DNA of 34,087 bases from assembly GCA_030830875.1 (NCBI GenBank), contig JAURMD010000161.1, forward strand, positions 1-34,087, read 5' to 3'. Below the pieces are notes generated by a model. The model ran no database searches. It saw only the letters and a program-made list of their open reading frames with translations, and was not told where the DNA came from. The position numbers were made by a program, and so were the translations under genes. Each line of letters opens with the position of its first letter. Positions within the stretch are counted from its first letter, which is position 1. This document shows, one piece after another, positions 1 to 9,199 of the stretch. Source of the stretch: Thermoplasmatota archaeon. Its GTDB lineage: Archaea; Thermoplasmatota; Poseidoniia; Poseidoniales; Poseidoniaceae.

Positions 1-480
1 GAACAACAGCACCTCGATGTCCTCGTTGCCCCCAACTTCGTAATTTGAGCACCCGGTGTTGGTAGGGTAGTTCACGGGGATGTTGCTGCTGTCGAACCCC
101 ACCTCGGTGCCGTCGCTGAGGGTGATTCGGGACGACGACACCGTGAAACTCCACTGGCTGTTGCCATCGCTGTCGGTGGTGCAGGACGCATAGCCGAACG
201 GCACGCCCGGCGTTGTGGCCTGCGTGCGCACCCACACGCCTTCGCTGCCGCTTGTCTTGTACAGCAGCACAGGGTCGCTCATGTCGACGTCCTCCATCGC
301 GTCAACGGTTGGCACGTCCGCGACCGGGGGCACGTCGATCATCGTGGTGCCCGCGAGGAAGACAACCGCTGCGCCTCCGGCCAGAAGCACGCCGAGCACG
401 AGTGCGCCCCAGCCGGTCCATCCCATTGGGAGGCCCGGGACAAAGAAGCCCTGATGGAGGTCTTGACGCGGGTCGCTCAT
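1..480 (-). CDS. Hypothetical membrane-anchored protein, truncated at the window edge
   Basis: Not in the ORF track because it has no stop inside the window. Manual translation from ATG at 480 (MSDPRQDLHQGFFVPGLPMGWTGWGALVLGVLLAGGAAVVFLAGTT...) stays open to position 1. One N-terminal TM helix, then a Ser/Thr/Asp-rich, probably extracellular domain. Confidence 0.75.
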   Translation of the reverse strand, partial: MSDPRQDLHQGFFVPGLPMGWTGWGALVLGVLLAGGAAVVFLAGTTMIDVPPVADVPTVDAMEDVDMSDPVLLYKTSGSEGVWVRTQATTPGVPFGYASCTTDSDGNSQWSFTVSSSRITLSDGTEVGFDSSNIPVNYPTNTGCSNYEVGGNEDIEVLLF

Positions 481-514
481 GGTTTCACGTCACAGGACTG
501 AGGGATGAGCCTTC

Positions 515-1555
515 TTACCACGCAGGGAACGTGAGCACCACCTTTCCGCACTCGCCACTTCCGGCCAAGGCCATACCCGCCTTGAACTCAGACACAGGGA
601 GGGTGTGGGTGACCACACGTGAGACGTCGATGGCGCCCCGCTCGAGGAGGCCGTGCATTGTGTCCCAGGTGCTCCACATGCGTCGCCCGTTGATGCCTTT
701 GAGGTGCAGGTATCGGAAGACCACCTCGTTCATCGGCACCTGCGTCATCTGATGCCCATAGACGCTGAGGACGTTGACGAACCCGCCCATTCGCGTGCTG
801 CGGATGGCGTTGTTGAGTGCTGCAGGAGATCCGGAAAATTCGCAGGCGTTGTCCACGCCCCGCCCCTCCGTGGCCTCAAGGATCCTCTCGACCACGTCGT
901 CGTCCTTACCGAGCACGAGGTCGGCCCCGAGGTCTGCCGCCATGTCCATGCGGAATCGGTTGTCCCAGTCCACGGCGATGACCTTGTTCGCTCCCATCGC
1001 TTTTGCAGCGTTGACGGCGAAGAGACCGATGGGTCCGAGGCCGTGAACGGCCACGGTGGCTCCCTCAATCGGTCCTCCCGTGAGCGTGTGGATGGCGTTG
1101 CCGAGCGGGTCCTGCACCGAGGCCAAGGCCGGGTCGAGTCCCAAAGGGACAGGCCGAGCGTTCACGGCAGGCACAACGAACCATGGCGCAAAAGCGCCGT
1201 GCTGATGGACACCGAAAATGGATCCGTCTTCGCAGACGTGGGCGTTTCCTTCCTCGCACCGGGGGCAGGACCAATCCGCAAGATGGCATTCCACTGCGAT
1301 GAGGTCCCCAACCGTCAACCCGTCCACGCCCTCACCAATCATGGCCACCTCCCCGCTGGTCTCGTGGCCCGTGATGGTGCCAAGCGGGACGTTTGCGCGG
1401 CTCCACTCGTCCCAGGCCCAAATGTGGAGGTCGGTTCCGCAGATGCTGGTGGCTCGGGTGCGCACCAAAACTTCACCCGGTCCCGGGAGGGGGACTGGGT
1501 GCTCAACGAGGTCGAAACCGTCCGCTTCGTCCCGTACTTTCGTCCAAGCAAGCAT
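515..1555 (-). CDS. tdh: L-threonine 3-dehydrogenase (Zn-dependent MDR family)
   Basis: ICGTDLHI, WDEW, GHE catalytic Zn motif, GLGPIG Rossmann motif, GINGRRMWSTW and C-terminal GKVVL typical of Tdh. First structural-Zn Cys appears replaced by Asp (ADWSCPRC...C). Start ATG 1555; GTG 1609 is an alternative. Confidence 0.85.
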   Translation of the reverse strand: MLAWTKVRDEADGFDLVEHPVPLPGPGEVLVRTRATSICGTDLHIWAWDEWSRANVPLGTITGHETSGEVAMIGEGVDGLTVGDLIAVECHLADWSCPRCEEGNAHVCEDGSIFGVHQHGAFAPWFVVPAVNARPVPLGLDPALASVQDPLGNAIHTLTGGPIEGATVAVHGLGPIGLFAVNAAKAMGANKVIAVDWDNRFRMDMAADLGADLVLGKDDDVVERILEATEGRGVDNACEFSGSPAALNNAIRSTRMGGFVNVLSVYGHQMTQVPMNEVVFRYLHLKGINGRRMWSTWDTMHGLLERGAIDVSRVVTHTLPVSEFKAGMALAGSGECGKVVLTFPAW

Positions 1556-1618
1556 GGTCGTTGGCCGTTCCACGCCATCGGGTCGCGTGGTCGACCCTTG
1601 AGGTTTCACCCTTGCCGG

Positions 1619-3205
1619 TCAGGAGGAAATCCATGAGTACCGGCGGGCTCCCTCAAGGTCGTCTTCCGCTTCCTCAGAGCGTACGAATTCGTCGGTTGGG
1701 GGAACCACGGAGTCTTCGCGGACGCCCTTGTGAAGTTCTTCGTAGACCGCGGCATCGATAGCGACGCGGCCCGCGAGGCGCTCAAACAAGTTCCATCGAG
1801 AGACGACCTCGCGCCAGCGTGGGTCCACGACCCCCTCGAAGACCTTCGCTTTAGCACCGGATCCATAGCCGCAGAGTCCGAAGCGCGTACCATCGAGGTC
1901 TGTGTTGTCCTCGAGGTCGGACTCAAACGTGGACATCAGCGCAAGGAAAATGCTACCCGTGTACTGGTTTCCGATGAGGCTGCTGGCTCGCTGACCTTTT
2001 TCGATGCACTCCGTGTGGAACTTGGTGTAGGCTTCAGTTTTCGAAATCGCCCTCCTGTACGCATCCATGGTGTCGTGCCAAGCGTCGTCGTCCATTCCTT
2101 CGGCGCGCTCTGGCGCTGGACCAACCACCGCTTCGACATCAGGCCACATCGTGGTGCCGGTACGGTCCCTGTGAAACACAGCAGGAAACATGCGCTTGGC
2201 TTGGAAGGCGTAGGGGAGGTGCATGATGATGCGGCCCCATTGTTCGGTAAACCGGGGGTCTTCTCCGTGGGTGTAGCGGCCGCTTCGTTCAGCGCGACGT
2301 TGGAAATCCAAGAATGCGTCCCGCACCGCGTCTTGGTAGCATCGGTTGGAGTATTGCCCGTCGAACACGGGCTCGTCCCTGTGGATGCTGATGGTGTCTT
2401 CACCGTGGGCGAATATGCCCAAGCGGCGGAGGGCAGACTTTGGAAGATGACGGACCATCCGATCGAGGATGCCTTCCTTCAGGTTGGCCCCTGCTTCGCG
2501 TGCAAGGTCGAGGACGTCCCCCATCATGGAGCGAACGGACACCTCCCGTCGCGGCTTGAAGAAATCATGGGCGGGGCTCGTGGAAATTCCCCAGCAGTCA
2601 GGAATCACAAGGAGGCGAGGGTTGCGACGGATGAGCAACGCACCGCCTCCAGCGCCTTGGGTGTACTCGCCGGGTGAGCCAAGTTCGTACTTTGCGTTGT
2701 CCGCGTAAACCACGATCCCCATCCGTTCGTCGTCGTCCGTGCTTCGAGCACACCAATCGAGCGTGGTGTGCAAGGCATCCACAGCCCCGATGCAGGCGAA
2801 GGTCATGTCGACCACGTCGCAATTTTGGAAGCAGTCATGGCCGAATCGGTCACCGTAGCGTTGGGTCAACATTTCGACGATGTAGGTCGCCGTCGGCTTT
2901 GCACCGTCGAGCGCGGATTCCGTACCGAGGTACAACCTGCCGATCTTCCGTGGGTCGAGCCCGTTTCGGTCAATGAGGCGCATGACGGCCATGGCGCCCA
3001 TCGTGGCGGTGTCTTCGTGAACGTCAGGAATGGCCATCGCAGAGAGGCCCAAACCCTTGTTCAGTTTGTCGTAATCGGCCTCACGCAGCGCGGCGAAGTC
3101 ACGCATGTCGAGGTACAGACGTGGCACGTGAATGGCCAAGTCATCGATACCGACATGCACTCCGGTGCTGATGGTGGTCACAGGCCCCGGGCTGTCGGAC
3201 TGCAT
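1619..3205 (-). CDS. mvaS: Hydroxymethylglutaryl-CoA synthase, bacterial (MvaS-like) type
   Basis: GIDDLAIHVP, EDTATM, GTES (catalytic Glu), FACIGA (catalytic Cys), GEYTQGAG, HLPY (His), GNQYTGS, GYGSG. Start set at ATG 3205 because the upstream ORF extension overlaps the thermosome gene. Confidence 0.9.
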   Translation of the reverse strand: MQSDSPGPVTTISTGVHVGIDDLAIHVPRLYLDMRDFAALREADYDKLNKGLGLSAMAIPDVHEDTATMGAMAVMRLIDRNGLDPRKIGRLYLGTESALDGAKPTATYIVEMLTQRYGDRFGHDCFQNCDVVDMTFACIGAVDALHTTLDWCARSTDDDERMGIVVYADNAKYELGSPGEYTQGAGGGALLIRRNPRLLVIPDCWGISTSPAHDFFKPRREVSVRSMMGDVLDLAREAGANLKEGILDRMVRHLPKSALRRLGIFAHGEDTISIHRDEPVFDGQYSNRCYQDAVRDAFLDFQRRAERSGRYTHGEDPRFTEQWGRIIMHLPYAFQAKRMFPAVFHRDRTGTTMWPDVEAVVGPAPERAEGMDDDAWHDTMDAYRRAISKTEAYTKFHTECIEKGQRASSLIGNQYTGSIFLALMSTFESDLEDNTDLDGTRFGLCGYGSGAKAKVFEGVVDPRWREVVSRWNLFERLAGRVAIDAAVYEELHKGVREDSVVPPTDEFVRSEEAEDDLEGARRYSWISS

Positions 3206-3254
3206 ATGAATGCTGAGGCGGTCACCGTGGTTGCAGGGTCTGCTTTCACATCCC

Positions 3255-4877
3255 TCAAGCGTCAGCGTCGCGCTCTCCCATCGCGTCAAGTTGTGCTTGG
3301 ATGTCGTCAGGAATCTGTGCTTCAAGGCGTGCCCACAGCACGTCATCGATTCGAAGCACGGCGCATGCTGCTTCGGTGGCACCATGAATCGTCGGACGCA
3401 CCACGCTCAGGGGTTCGAGAACACCGATGGCGCCAAGGTCCTTCGGCGTGCCATCGGTCAAATCAAGCCCGATTCGGTGTGCGTCCGACCCACCATCGGC
3501 CTGCGCAGCGGTCACGTCGAGCAGCGCGTCGATTGGATCGAGTCCGGCATTTTCTGCTAAGGCGCGAGGAATGGATTCAAGCGCGTCGGCGTAGGCTTCC
3601 ATGGCCAATTGCTCGCGGCCGGGGGTTGCTTCAGCTCGTCGTCTCAAATGACGTGCAATGGCCACGTGGGCCGCACCTCCACCCACGAGCAAGCGTCGGT
3701 CGATGCGAACTTGTGCAGCGACGCCAACTGCGTCATCAAAGCACCTCGATGTCTCCTCGACCACATGATCGCTGCTGCCACGAGCAATGAAGGTCGCTGC
3801 GACGCCCTCGCCTCGAACGGTCCAGTGGTGCATGTCCCCGATGAGGTGAGAACGGCTCTCGATGACGTTCCCAACGTCGGATGTGCCGGCTTGGTCGGCC
3901 CGGAGGACCACACGTGCTCCCGTCGCGAGGGCGAGCAGGTCGAGGTCACTTGCGGGCACGCGCCGGAAGGCTTGGATCCCCGCGTCCATCAAGGACCGAT
4001 GGGCCTCGTCGTCGATGGCCCCGGAGACGGCAAGGACGTTCACGCCGAGGTCCGTCACGTGCTTCACGTCGAGCTTCATCCGTTCACCTTCTCGGCGCCG
4101 CAACGCGTTCAGAACCTCTGGCGAGGTGGCTTGGAAACTGACGTCGCTGCGCATACCACGTCGCTCAAGACCGCCGTCGACGAGCAGGATTCGACCGTTC
4201 TCTACCACTTTCACCATGGAGGGGTTGGCAAGCCGCTTCGCAAGAACGAGGCCGTTGACGACCTCTGAGTCGGTGGCCGGGCGGCCAACCGCCATCACCG
4301 TGGAAATGCGTGTTGGGTCGACGTCGATTCGCCCGTCCACTTCGCGCTCGATGGCTTTGGCCGCTTCAGCGGCCAAGACGGCCAGTCGTGCCTGCACTGC
4401 AGTGCTTGATTTTCCGGCAAGGCTCGAGCGAACGGCGGTGACGAGGTCGTCATCCGTGCCCTCCATGGCGAGTCGCTCGAGCATCGCGAGGGCTTCCGCT
4501 TCCGCACGACGGTAGCCGCGCACGATGGTGCTGGGATGCACACCTTCCACCACGAGGTGCCATGCATTTCGCAACAATTCCGCTGCGATGATCACCGCCG
4601 AGGTGGTCCCGTCCCGCGCGGTTCGATCCTGGGCGGAGGATGCATCGATCAGCATGCGAGCAACCGGATGTTCAACGCGTGCCGTTTCAAGCACGGTCAC
4701 ACCATCGTTGGTGACCAGGGTACGACCTTCCTCGTCGAGCAGTAGCTTGTCGAGGCCCTTTGGACCGAGCGTGCTCCGCACCGCACCTGACAACGCCATG
4801 GCGGCTGCGATGTTCTTGCGGAGTGCGGTCCGCCCGGTGGTTCGGGCGGTGTCCTCCAGCAAGGGGGCCTCGCTCAT
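3255..4877 (-). CDS. Group II chaperonin (thermosome) subunit, divergent
   Basis: STLGPKGLDKLL, TNDGVTVL, HPVARML, DGTTS, GGGA, LAENAGLDPID, LRIDDV. Start at ATG 4877. Confidence 0.9.
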   Translation of the reverse strand: MSEAPLLEDTARTTGRTALRKNIAAAMALSGAVRSTLGPKGLDKLLLDEEGRTLVTNDGVTVLETARVEHPVARMLIDASSAQDRTARDGTTSAVIIAAELLRNAWHLVVEGVHPSTIVRGYRRAEAEALAMLERLAMEGTDDDLVTAVRSSLAGKSSTAVQARLAVLAAEAAKAIEREVDGRIDVDPTRISTVMAVGRPATDSEVVNGLVLAKRLANPSMVKVVENGRILLVDGGLERRGMRSDVSFQATSPEVLNALRRREGERMKLDVKHVTDLGVNVLAVSGAIDDEAHRSLMDAGIQAFRRVPASDLDLLALATGARVVLRADQAGTSDVGNVIESRSHLIGDMHHWTVRGEGVAATFIARGSSDHVVEETSRCFDDAVGVAAQVRIDRRLLVGGGAAHVAIARHLRRRAEATPGREQLAMEAYADALESIPRALAENAGLDPIDALLDVTAAQADGGSDAHRIGLDLTDGTPKDLGAIGVLEPLSVVRPTIHGATEAACAVLRIDDVLWARLEAQIPDDIQAQLDAMGERDADA

Positions 4878-4919
4878 GGCGCCGCCACCGGTGGGCACGT
4901 CTTGAAGCGTCCGACCGCT

Positions 4920-6797
4920 TCAGTCCTCGTCGACGACCTCGAAATCTGCGTCAACGACGTCGTCGGCTACGGGGATGCTCCCGTCCCCGTCCTCTTCGGC
5001 GTCGACCTTCGCAGCCGCGGCTTCGTACAACTTGGCTGAGACCGCGTGCATGCTTTGCTCGATTTCGGCCACCTTGGCTTGGACCGCCGCTTCATCGAGG
5101 TCTTCGATGGACTTGGGCCGACCTTCGCCGTCCTGCACCATCGCCTCAAGGTCATCGAGAAGGCCTCGAACAACGGCGGTGTCGTCGTCCGTCAAGGTCT
5201 CGCCCGCCTCGTCCAACGTGCGTCGGGTTTGGTAGACGATCTGGTCGGCCATGTTGCGCAACTCGACCTTGGCTTTGCGGGCCTTGTCGGCCTCTGCGAA
5301 TTCCTCCGCTTCAGCAATCTTTGCCTTTATTTCGTCCTCGGAGAGGGAGGTCTGGGATTCAATCTTGATCGATTGCTCCTTCCCGGTTCCAAGGTCTTTG
5401 GCGCTCACGTTCACGATGCCGTTCGCGTCGATGTCGAAGGTCACTTCGATCTGCGGCATCCCACGTGGTGCAGGAGGAATGCCGACCAGTTGGAATTGAC
5501 CGAGCGTGATGTTGTCCTTCGCAAACTCCCGCTCGCCCTGAAGCACGTGGATTTCCACGGCAGGTTGGTTGTCGGATGCCGTCGAGAAGGTCTCGGAGCG
5601 GCGCGTTGGGATTGTTGTGTTGCGCTCGATCATGGTGGTGGTCACTCCACCAAGCGTTTCGATGCCGAGGGTCAGCGGCGTCACGTCAAGGAGCAGGACA
5701 TCGGACACGCCCTGGTCTCCAGCGATGATCCCAGCCTGCAGGGCTGCTCCGAGTGCGACGGCTTCGTCAGGGTTGATGCCACGGTACGGGGTCTTTCCGG
5801 TCTCCTTTTGGATGGCCTCTTGGACTGCAGGAATCCGAGTCGAGCCTCCAACAAGGATGACCTTATCGATGTCACCGGCTTTGAGTCCTGCGTCCTTCAT
5901 CGCTTGACGCGTCGGCTTCATGGTCTTCTCCACCAGACCGGACGTCATCTTCTCGAAGGTGCTGCGGGCCAGGCTCATGTCCAGATGCGCTGGATTTCCA
6001 TCGCTCATCGTGATGAAGGGCAAGCTGATTTGCGTCTGTTGAGTACCGGAGAGTTCGATCTTGGCCTTTTCTGCCGCTTCTTTGAGCCTGCTCATGGCCT
6101 GTGCATCGCTGGAAAGGTCGACGCCGGTGCTCTTCTTGAACTCGGCAATGAGCCAAGCGATGATAGCATCGTCGAAGTCGTCCCCGCCGAGAAGGTTGTT
6201 GCCCGCGGTCGCCTTGACCTCAATCTGTGGTTGCCCGTCCACATCGTAGATCTCAAGGACGGAGACGTCGAACGTCCCCCCGCCAAGGTCGTAGACGAGG
6301 ATGGTTTGGTCGACGTCCTTGTCCACGCCGTAGGCCAACGCCGCTGCGGTTGGCTCGTTGATGATGCGAAGGACCTCAAGACCTGCGATTCGGCCCGCAT
6401 CGCGGGTCGCTTTTCGCTGTGCATCTGAGAAGTACGCGGGGCAGGTGATGACGGCCTTTGTGACCTCATGACCAAGGTATGACTCAGCGTCGGCCTTCAA
6501 CTTCTGAAGGACGAAGGCGCTGACCTCCTGAGGGGTGTAGGTGGATCCGTCCACCTCTGTGGTCCAGTCGGTGCCCATGTGCCGCTTGACGGAGATCATC
6601 GTTCGGGCCGGATTCGTCACCGCTTGCCGCTTTGCGGTGATGCCAACCAATCGTTCACCGCCGTCCTTAGCGAAGGCCACCACGGAGGGTGTTGTTCGTG
6701 CACCTTCCGCGTTTGGAATGATGACGGCTTCTCCGTTTTCGATGGTTGCGACGCAGCTGTTGGTGGTGCCTAGATCAATACCGATGACGTTGCTCAT
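4920..6797 (-). CDS. dnaK: Chaperone DnaK (Hsp70)
   Basis: [48 protein letters not shown] linker, C-terminal VVDADFEVV. Has the short N-terminal subdomain typical of archaeal and Gram-positive DnaK. RBS GAGGAGG upstream. Confidence 0.98.
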   Translation of the reverse strand: MSNVIGIDLGTTNSCVATIENGEAVIIPNAEGARTTPSVVAFAKDGGERLVGITAKRQAVTNPARTMISVKRHMGTDWTTEVDGSTYTPQEVSAFVLQKLKADAESYLGHEVTKAVITCPAYFSDAQRKATRDAGRIAGLEVLRIINEPTAAALAYGVDKDVDQTILVYDLGGGTFDVSVLEIYDVDGQPQIEVKATAGNNLLGGDDFDDAIIAWLIAEFKKSTGVDLSSDAQAMSRLKEAAEKAKIELSGTQQTQISLPFITMSDGNPAHLDMSLARSTFEKMTSGLVEKTMKPTRQAMKDAGLKAGDIDKVILVGGSTRIPAVQEAIQKETGKTPYRGINPDEAVALGAALQAGIIAGDQGVSDVLLLDVTPLTLGIETLGGVTTTMIERNTTIPTRRSETFSTASDNQPAVEIHVLQGEREFAKDNITLGQFQLVGIPPAPRGMPQIEVTFDIDANGIVNVSAKDLGTGKEQSIKIESQTSLSEDEIKAKIAEAEEFAEADKARKAKVELRNMADQIVYQTRRTLDEAGETLTDDDTAVVRGLLDDLEAMVQDGEGRPKSIEDLDEAAVQAKVAEIEQSMHAVSAKLYEAAAAKVDAEEDGDGSIPVADDVVDADFEVVDED

Positions 6798-6817
6798 GGT
6801 GTGTTCCTCCTCGGGGA

Positions 6818-7534
6818 TTACAAGATCGGGATGCCACCATCATCGTCGTCATCGTCCTCGTCCTCGGAGAGGTCGATGGCGATGGTGCCATCCTCGAAGG
6901 TGTTGGGTTCGTCGTCGTTGAGCTCATCAGGGTCCTCATTTTCGTCGACCGAGGGGAGGTCGCCGACGGGGACCAGACGCAAGGTGATGTCGAGAACGCC
7001 GTTGTTGAGGGTCCAGTCCACAACGTCCTCGCAGCGATGAGGCAGACGCACCCTCGCAACAGGGGTGACTTGTGTGCGCCGTAGAACTTCGATCTGCTGG
7101 CCTTGTTCCACGAGGGTGAGTTCAACCTGGTCAGAGGTGAGGTCCGCACGGCGTGCCACGTCCAAGGTGATGATCATGTTCCAATCTTCAAGGAACACAT
7201 CGCTGGGTGGAAGGTCAATGTCAGGAGTTGACGGATGGGCGGATTCATCCAACTCCACCTGCTTGGCGTCAACGGTAACGTCGAGTCCAAGACCCCGGAG
7301 CAATTCGTCGAGTCCGCCTCCCCCATTGAAGACCTTGGCAAGGTCGTCCATGTCGAAGTTGAATCGGACGTCACCTCCAGCCTTCTCGAGGTCGATTCCT
7401 AGACCTTCCATGTGCGTCTTGAAGTGCTCCATCATGCGGTCAAGGTCGTCCCGGTTGAGGTTGATGCCGAGGTTCTTCAGCATGGCAAGCAACTGTTCGA
7501 GGAGCCGTTCCTCCCAGTCGTCTTTGCCAGCCAT
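6818..7534 (-). CDS. Small heat shock protein (Hsp20/alpha-crystallin domain) with acidic tail
   Basis: Alpha-crystallin signature LPHRC...[12 protein letters not shown] and C-terminal IxI motif (GGIPIL). GGTGAGG RBS before ATG 7534. Directly upstream of dnaK. Confidence 0.8.
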   Translation of the reverse strand: MAGKDDWEERLLEQLLAMLKNLGINLNRDDLDRMMEHFKTHMEGLGIDLEKAGGDVRFNFDMDDLAKVFNGGGGLDELLRGLGLDVTVDAKQVELDESAHPSTPDIDLPPSDVFLEDWNMIITLDVARRADLTSDQVELTLVEQGQQIEVLRRTQVTPVARVRLPHRCEDVVDWTLNNGVLDITLRLVPVGDLPSVDENEDPDELNDDEPNTFEDGTIAIDLSEDEDDDDDDGGIPIL

Positions 7535-7550
7535 CTCCCTCACCCACTAC

Positions 7551-7595
7551 TGAACCATTGGTTACATAATCCGCTGCCCTTCGGGGGTATTTCAA
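7551..7595 (-). promoter_or_regulatory. Putative promoter (TTGAAATA, 7595-7588) and palindromic operator GTAAC-N5-GTTCA (7565-7551) of the hsp20-dnaK operon
   Basis: AT-rich island in the divergent intergenic region. The inverted repeat AACCA-T-TGGTT resembles the archaeal heat-shock repressor box CTAAC-N5-GTTAG. Confidence 0.5.
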
Positions 7596-7660
7596 GGTAT
7601 GGCGATGACGGTGATGGAGTCAAAGGCAAGTTCATGGGGCGGGAGCAGGAGGGCCCCACG

Positions 7661-9157
7661 ATGTCTCCCATTGAGGTGCTCAATGGCCTCAACGCCCTTC
7701 GAGACCGCCAGGGGGTTCGGGGAACACCGGGCCTTCCAGACAAGGTAATCCTCGACTTTGCGGCCAAGGATCCGGCCATCGGACGTGCCGTTGAAGAAGC
7801 CACGGTACGGTTGCAGGCCCTCATCGATGAACTCGGTGCTGAGCGTGTCCTCTGCGACGAGCATGCCCTCGTCGCTTTCCTTCAATCCGGCTTCGTGAAT
7901 TTTTACGCCGCTGCAACCGTCAATCCGTACGTCGCCTTGGCCGCGCGTGGCCCGTGGATCGTGACGTCTCATGGCGCCCTGTTGCACGACAACGGTGGCT
8001 ACGGGATGCTTGGCGCAGGACACGGGCCGGACGATGTGATTGAGGCGATGTCGCAGAACCATGTCATGGCGAACGTCATGACGCCTTCGTTCAGCCAGCA
8101 TCGCTTCGTGGAGCGCATGCGGCGTGAAGTGGGCCATGCTCGAGTGGACGGTTGTCCTTTTTCACGCTTCATTTGCATGAATTCGGGTTCGGAATCCATG
8201 ACGGTCGCGATGCGAATTTCGGACGTCAACGCCCTGCGTCACACGTCAACAGGCGGTGCCTACGAAGGAAAACCCACCCGAATGTTGGCCATTGAGCGCG
8301 CCTTTCACGGCCGCACCGACCGCCCTGCCCAGATTTCTCACTCGTGCATGGAAGGCTACGACCGAAACCTCCGCACCTTCCAAGGGAGGAACAACCTTCA
8401 CCTCATTCCTGCAAACAACATCGATGCGCTCCGAGCCGCCTTCGATAAAGCAAACAACGACGGTGTTTTTGTCGAACTCCTCGCGATTGAACCTGTCCAG
8501 GGAGAGGGTGCTCCAGGTGTTCGCGTGGAACGTGCGTTCTACGATGAAGCAAGACGGCTCACGCTCGAGCATGGCAGCATGCTCATCGTCGACTCTGTTC
8601 AGGCGGGATTCCGAGGCCAAGGCTGCCTCAGCCTTGTCGACTATCCCGGCTTTGAGGACGCGGAAGCTCCGGACATGGAGGCGTGGTCCAAAGCGATCAA
8701 TGCCGGTCAATACCCGCTCTCGGTCCTCGGCATGACCGAGCGGGCGGCCTCCATCTACGTCACGGGCATCTATGGCAACACGATGACGACGAACCCGCGA
8801 GCCCTCGAAACAGCGATTGCTGTGCTCGACCGTGTGACGCCAGAGATGCGAAAGAACATCCTCGAGCGCGGTGAAGAACTCGTCGCTGGGCTTCGGACGT
8901 TGATGAAGGAGTACCCGAACGAGGTGCTGGGCGTGACGGGCTCCGGCCTGCTCGTCGCGGCAGAACTCGACCCAGTTCGCCTCAAAGTGGTCGGCGACGA
9001 ATTGGTCGAAATGTGGTGCCGAAGGCACGGGCTCGGCATCATCCATGGTGGTATCAACGCCCTCCGTTACACGCCACACTTTGGCATCACGAGCGATGAG
9101 GTGGCCTTGGTGGTCGAGATGACCCGGCAGGCCATCGAACACTTCCGAAACCTCTGA
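7661..9157 (+). CDS. lat: Class III PLP aminotransferase, probable L-lysine 6-aminotransferase (Flavobacterium lutescens/Xanthomonas Lat type)
   Basis: GFVNFY..TVNPYVALAARGPW..GGYGMLG.GH N-terminal signature of this Lat subfamily; NSGSE, FHGRT, EPVQGEG, DSVQ, WSKA (PLP Lys). GGAGG RBS before ATG 7661. Confidence 0.75.
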   Translation: MSPIEVLNGLNALRDRQGVRGTPGLPDKVILDFAAKDPAIGRAVEEATVRLQALIDELGAERVLCDEHALVAFLQSGFVNFYAAATVNPYVALAARGPWIVTSHGALLHDNGGYGMLGAGHGPDDVIEAMSQNHVMANVMTPSFSQHRFVERMRREVGHARVDGCPFSRFICMNSGSESMTVAMRISDVNALRHTSTGGAYEGKPTRMLAIERAFHGRTDRPAQISHSCMEGYDRNLRTFQGRNNLHLIPANNIDALRAAFDKANNDGVFVELLAIEPVQGEGAPGVRVERAFYDEARRLTLEHGSMLIVDSVQAGFRGQGCLSLVDYPGFEDAEAPDMEAWSKAINAGQYPLSVLGMTERAASIYVTGIYGNTMTTNPRALETAIAVLDRVTPEMRKNILERGEELVAGLRTLMKEYPNEVLGVTGSGLLVAAELDPVRLKVVGDELVEMWCRRHGLGIIHGGINALRYTPHFGITSDEVALVVEMTRQAIEHFRNL

Positions 9158-9199
9158 GGAATGCACGAAGGCTGATGGCCGAGCCTTCCATCGAGGTCC

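Noticed and set aside
5046-6428. 460-aa ORF antisense to dnaK, and similar long antisense ORFs over tdh, mvaS, lat, mrp and nadA
   Set aside because: Shadow ORFs caused by GC3-biased codon usage; the dnaK antisense frame is a well-known artefact. No motifs or RBS.
6838-6865. (TCG/TCA/TCC)n trinucleotide-like repeat, also at about 11318-11340
   Set aside because: Simply encodes poly-Asp/Glu tracts in Hsp20 and PepA; not a CRISPR or satellite repeat.
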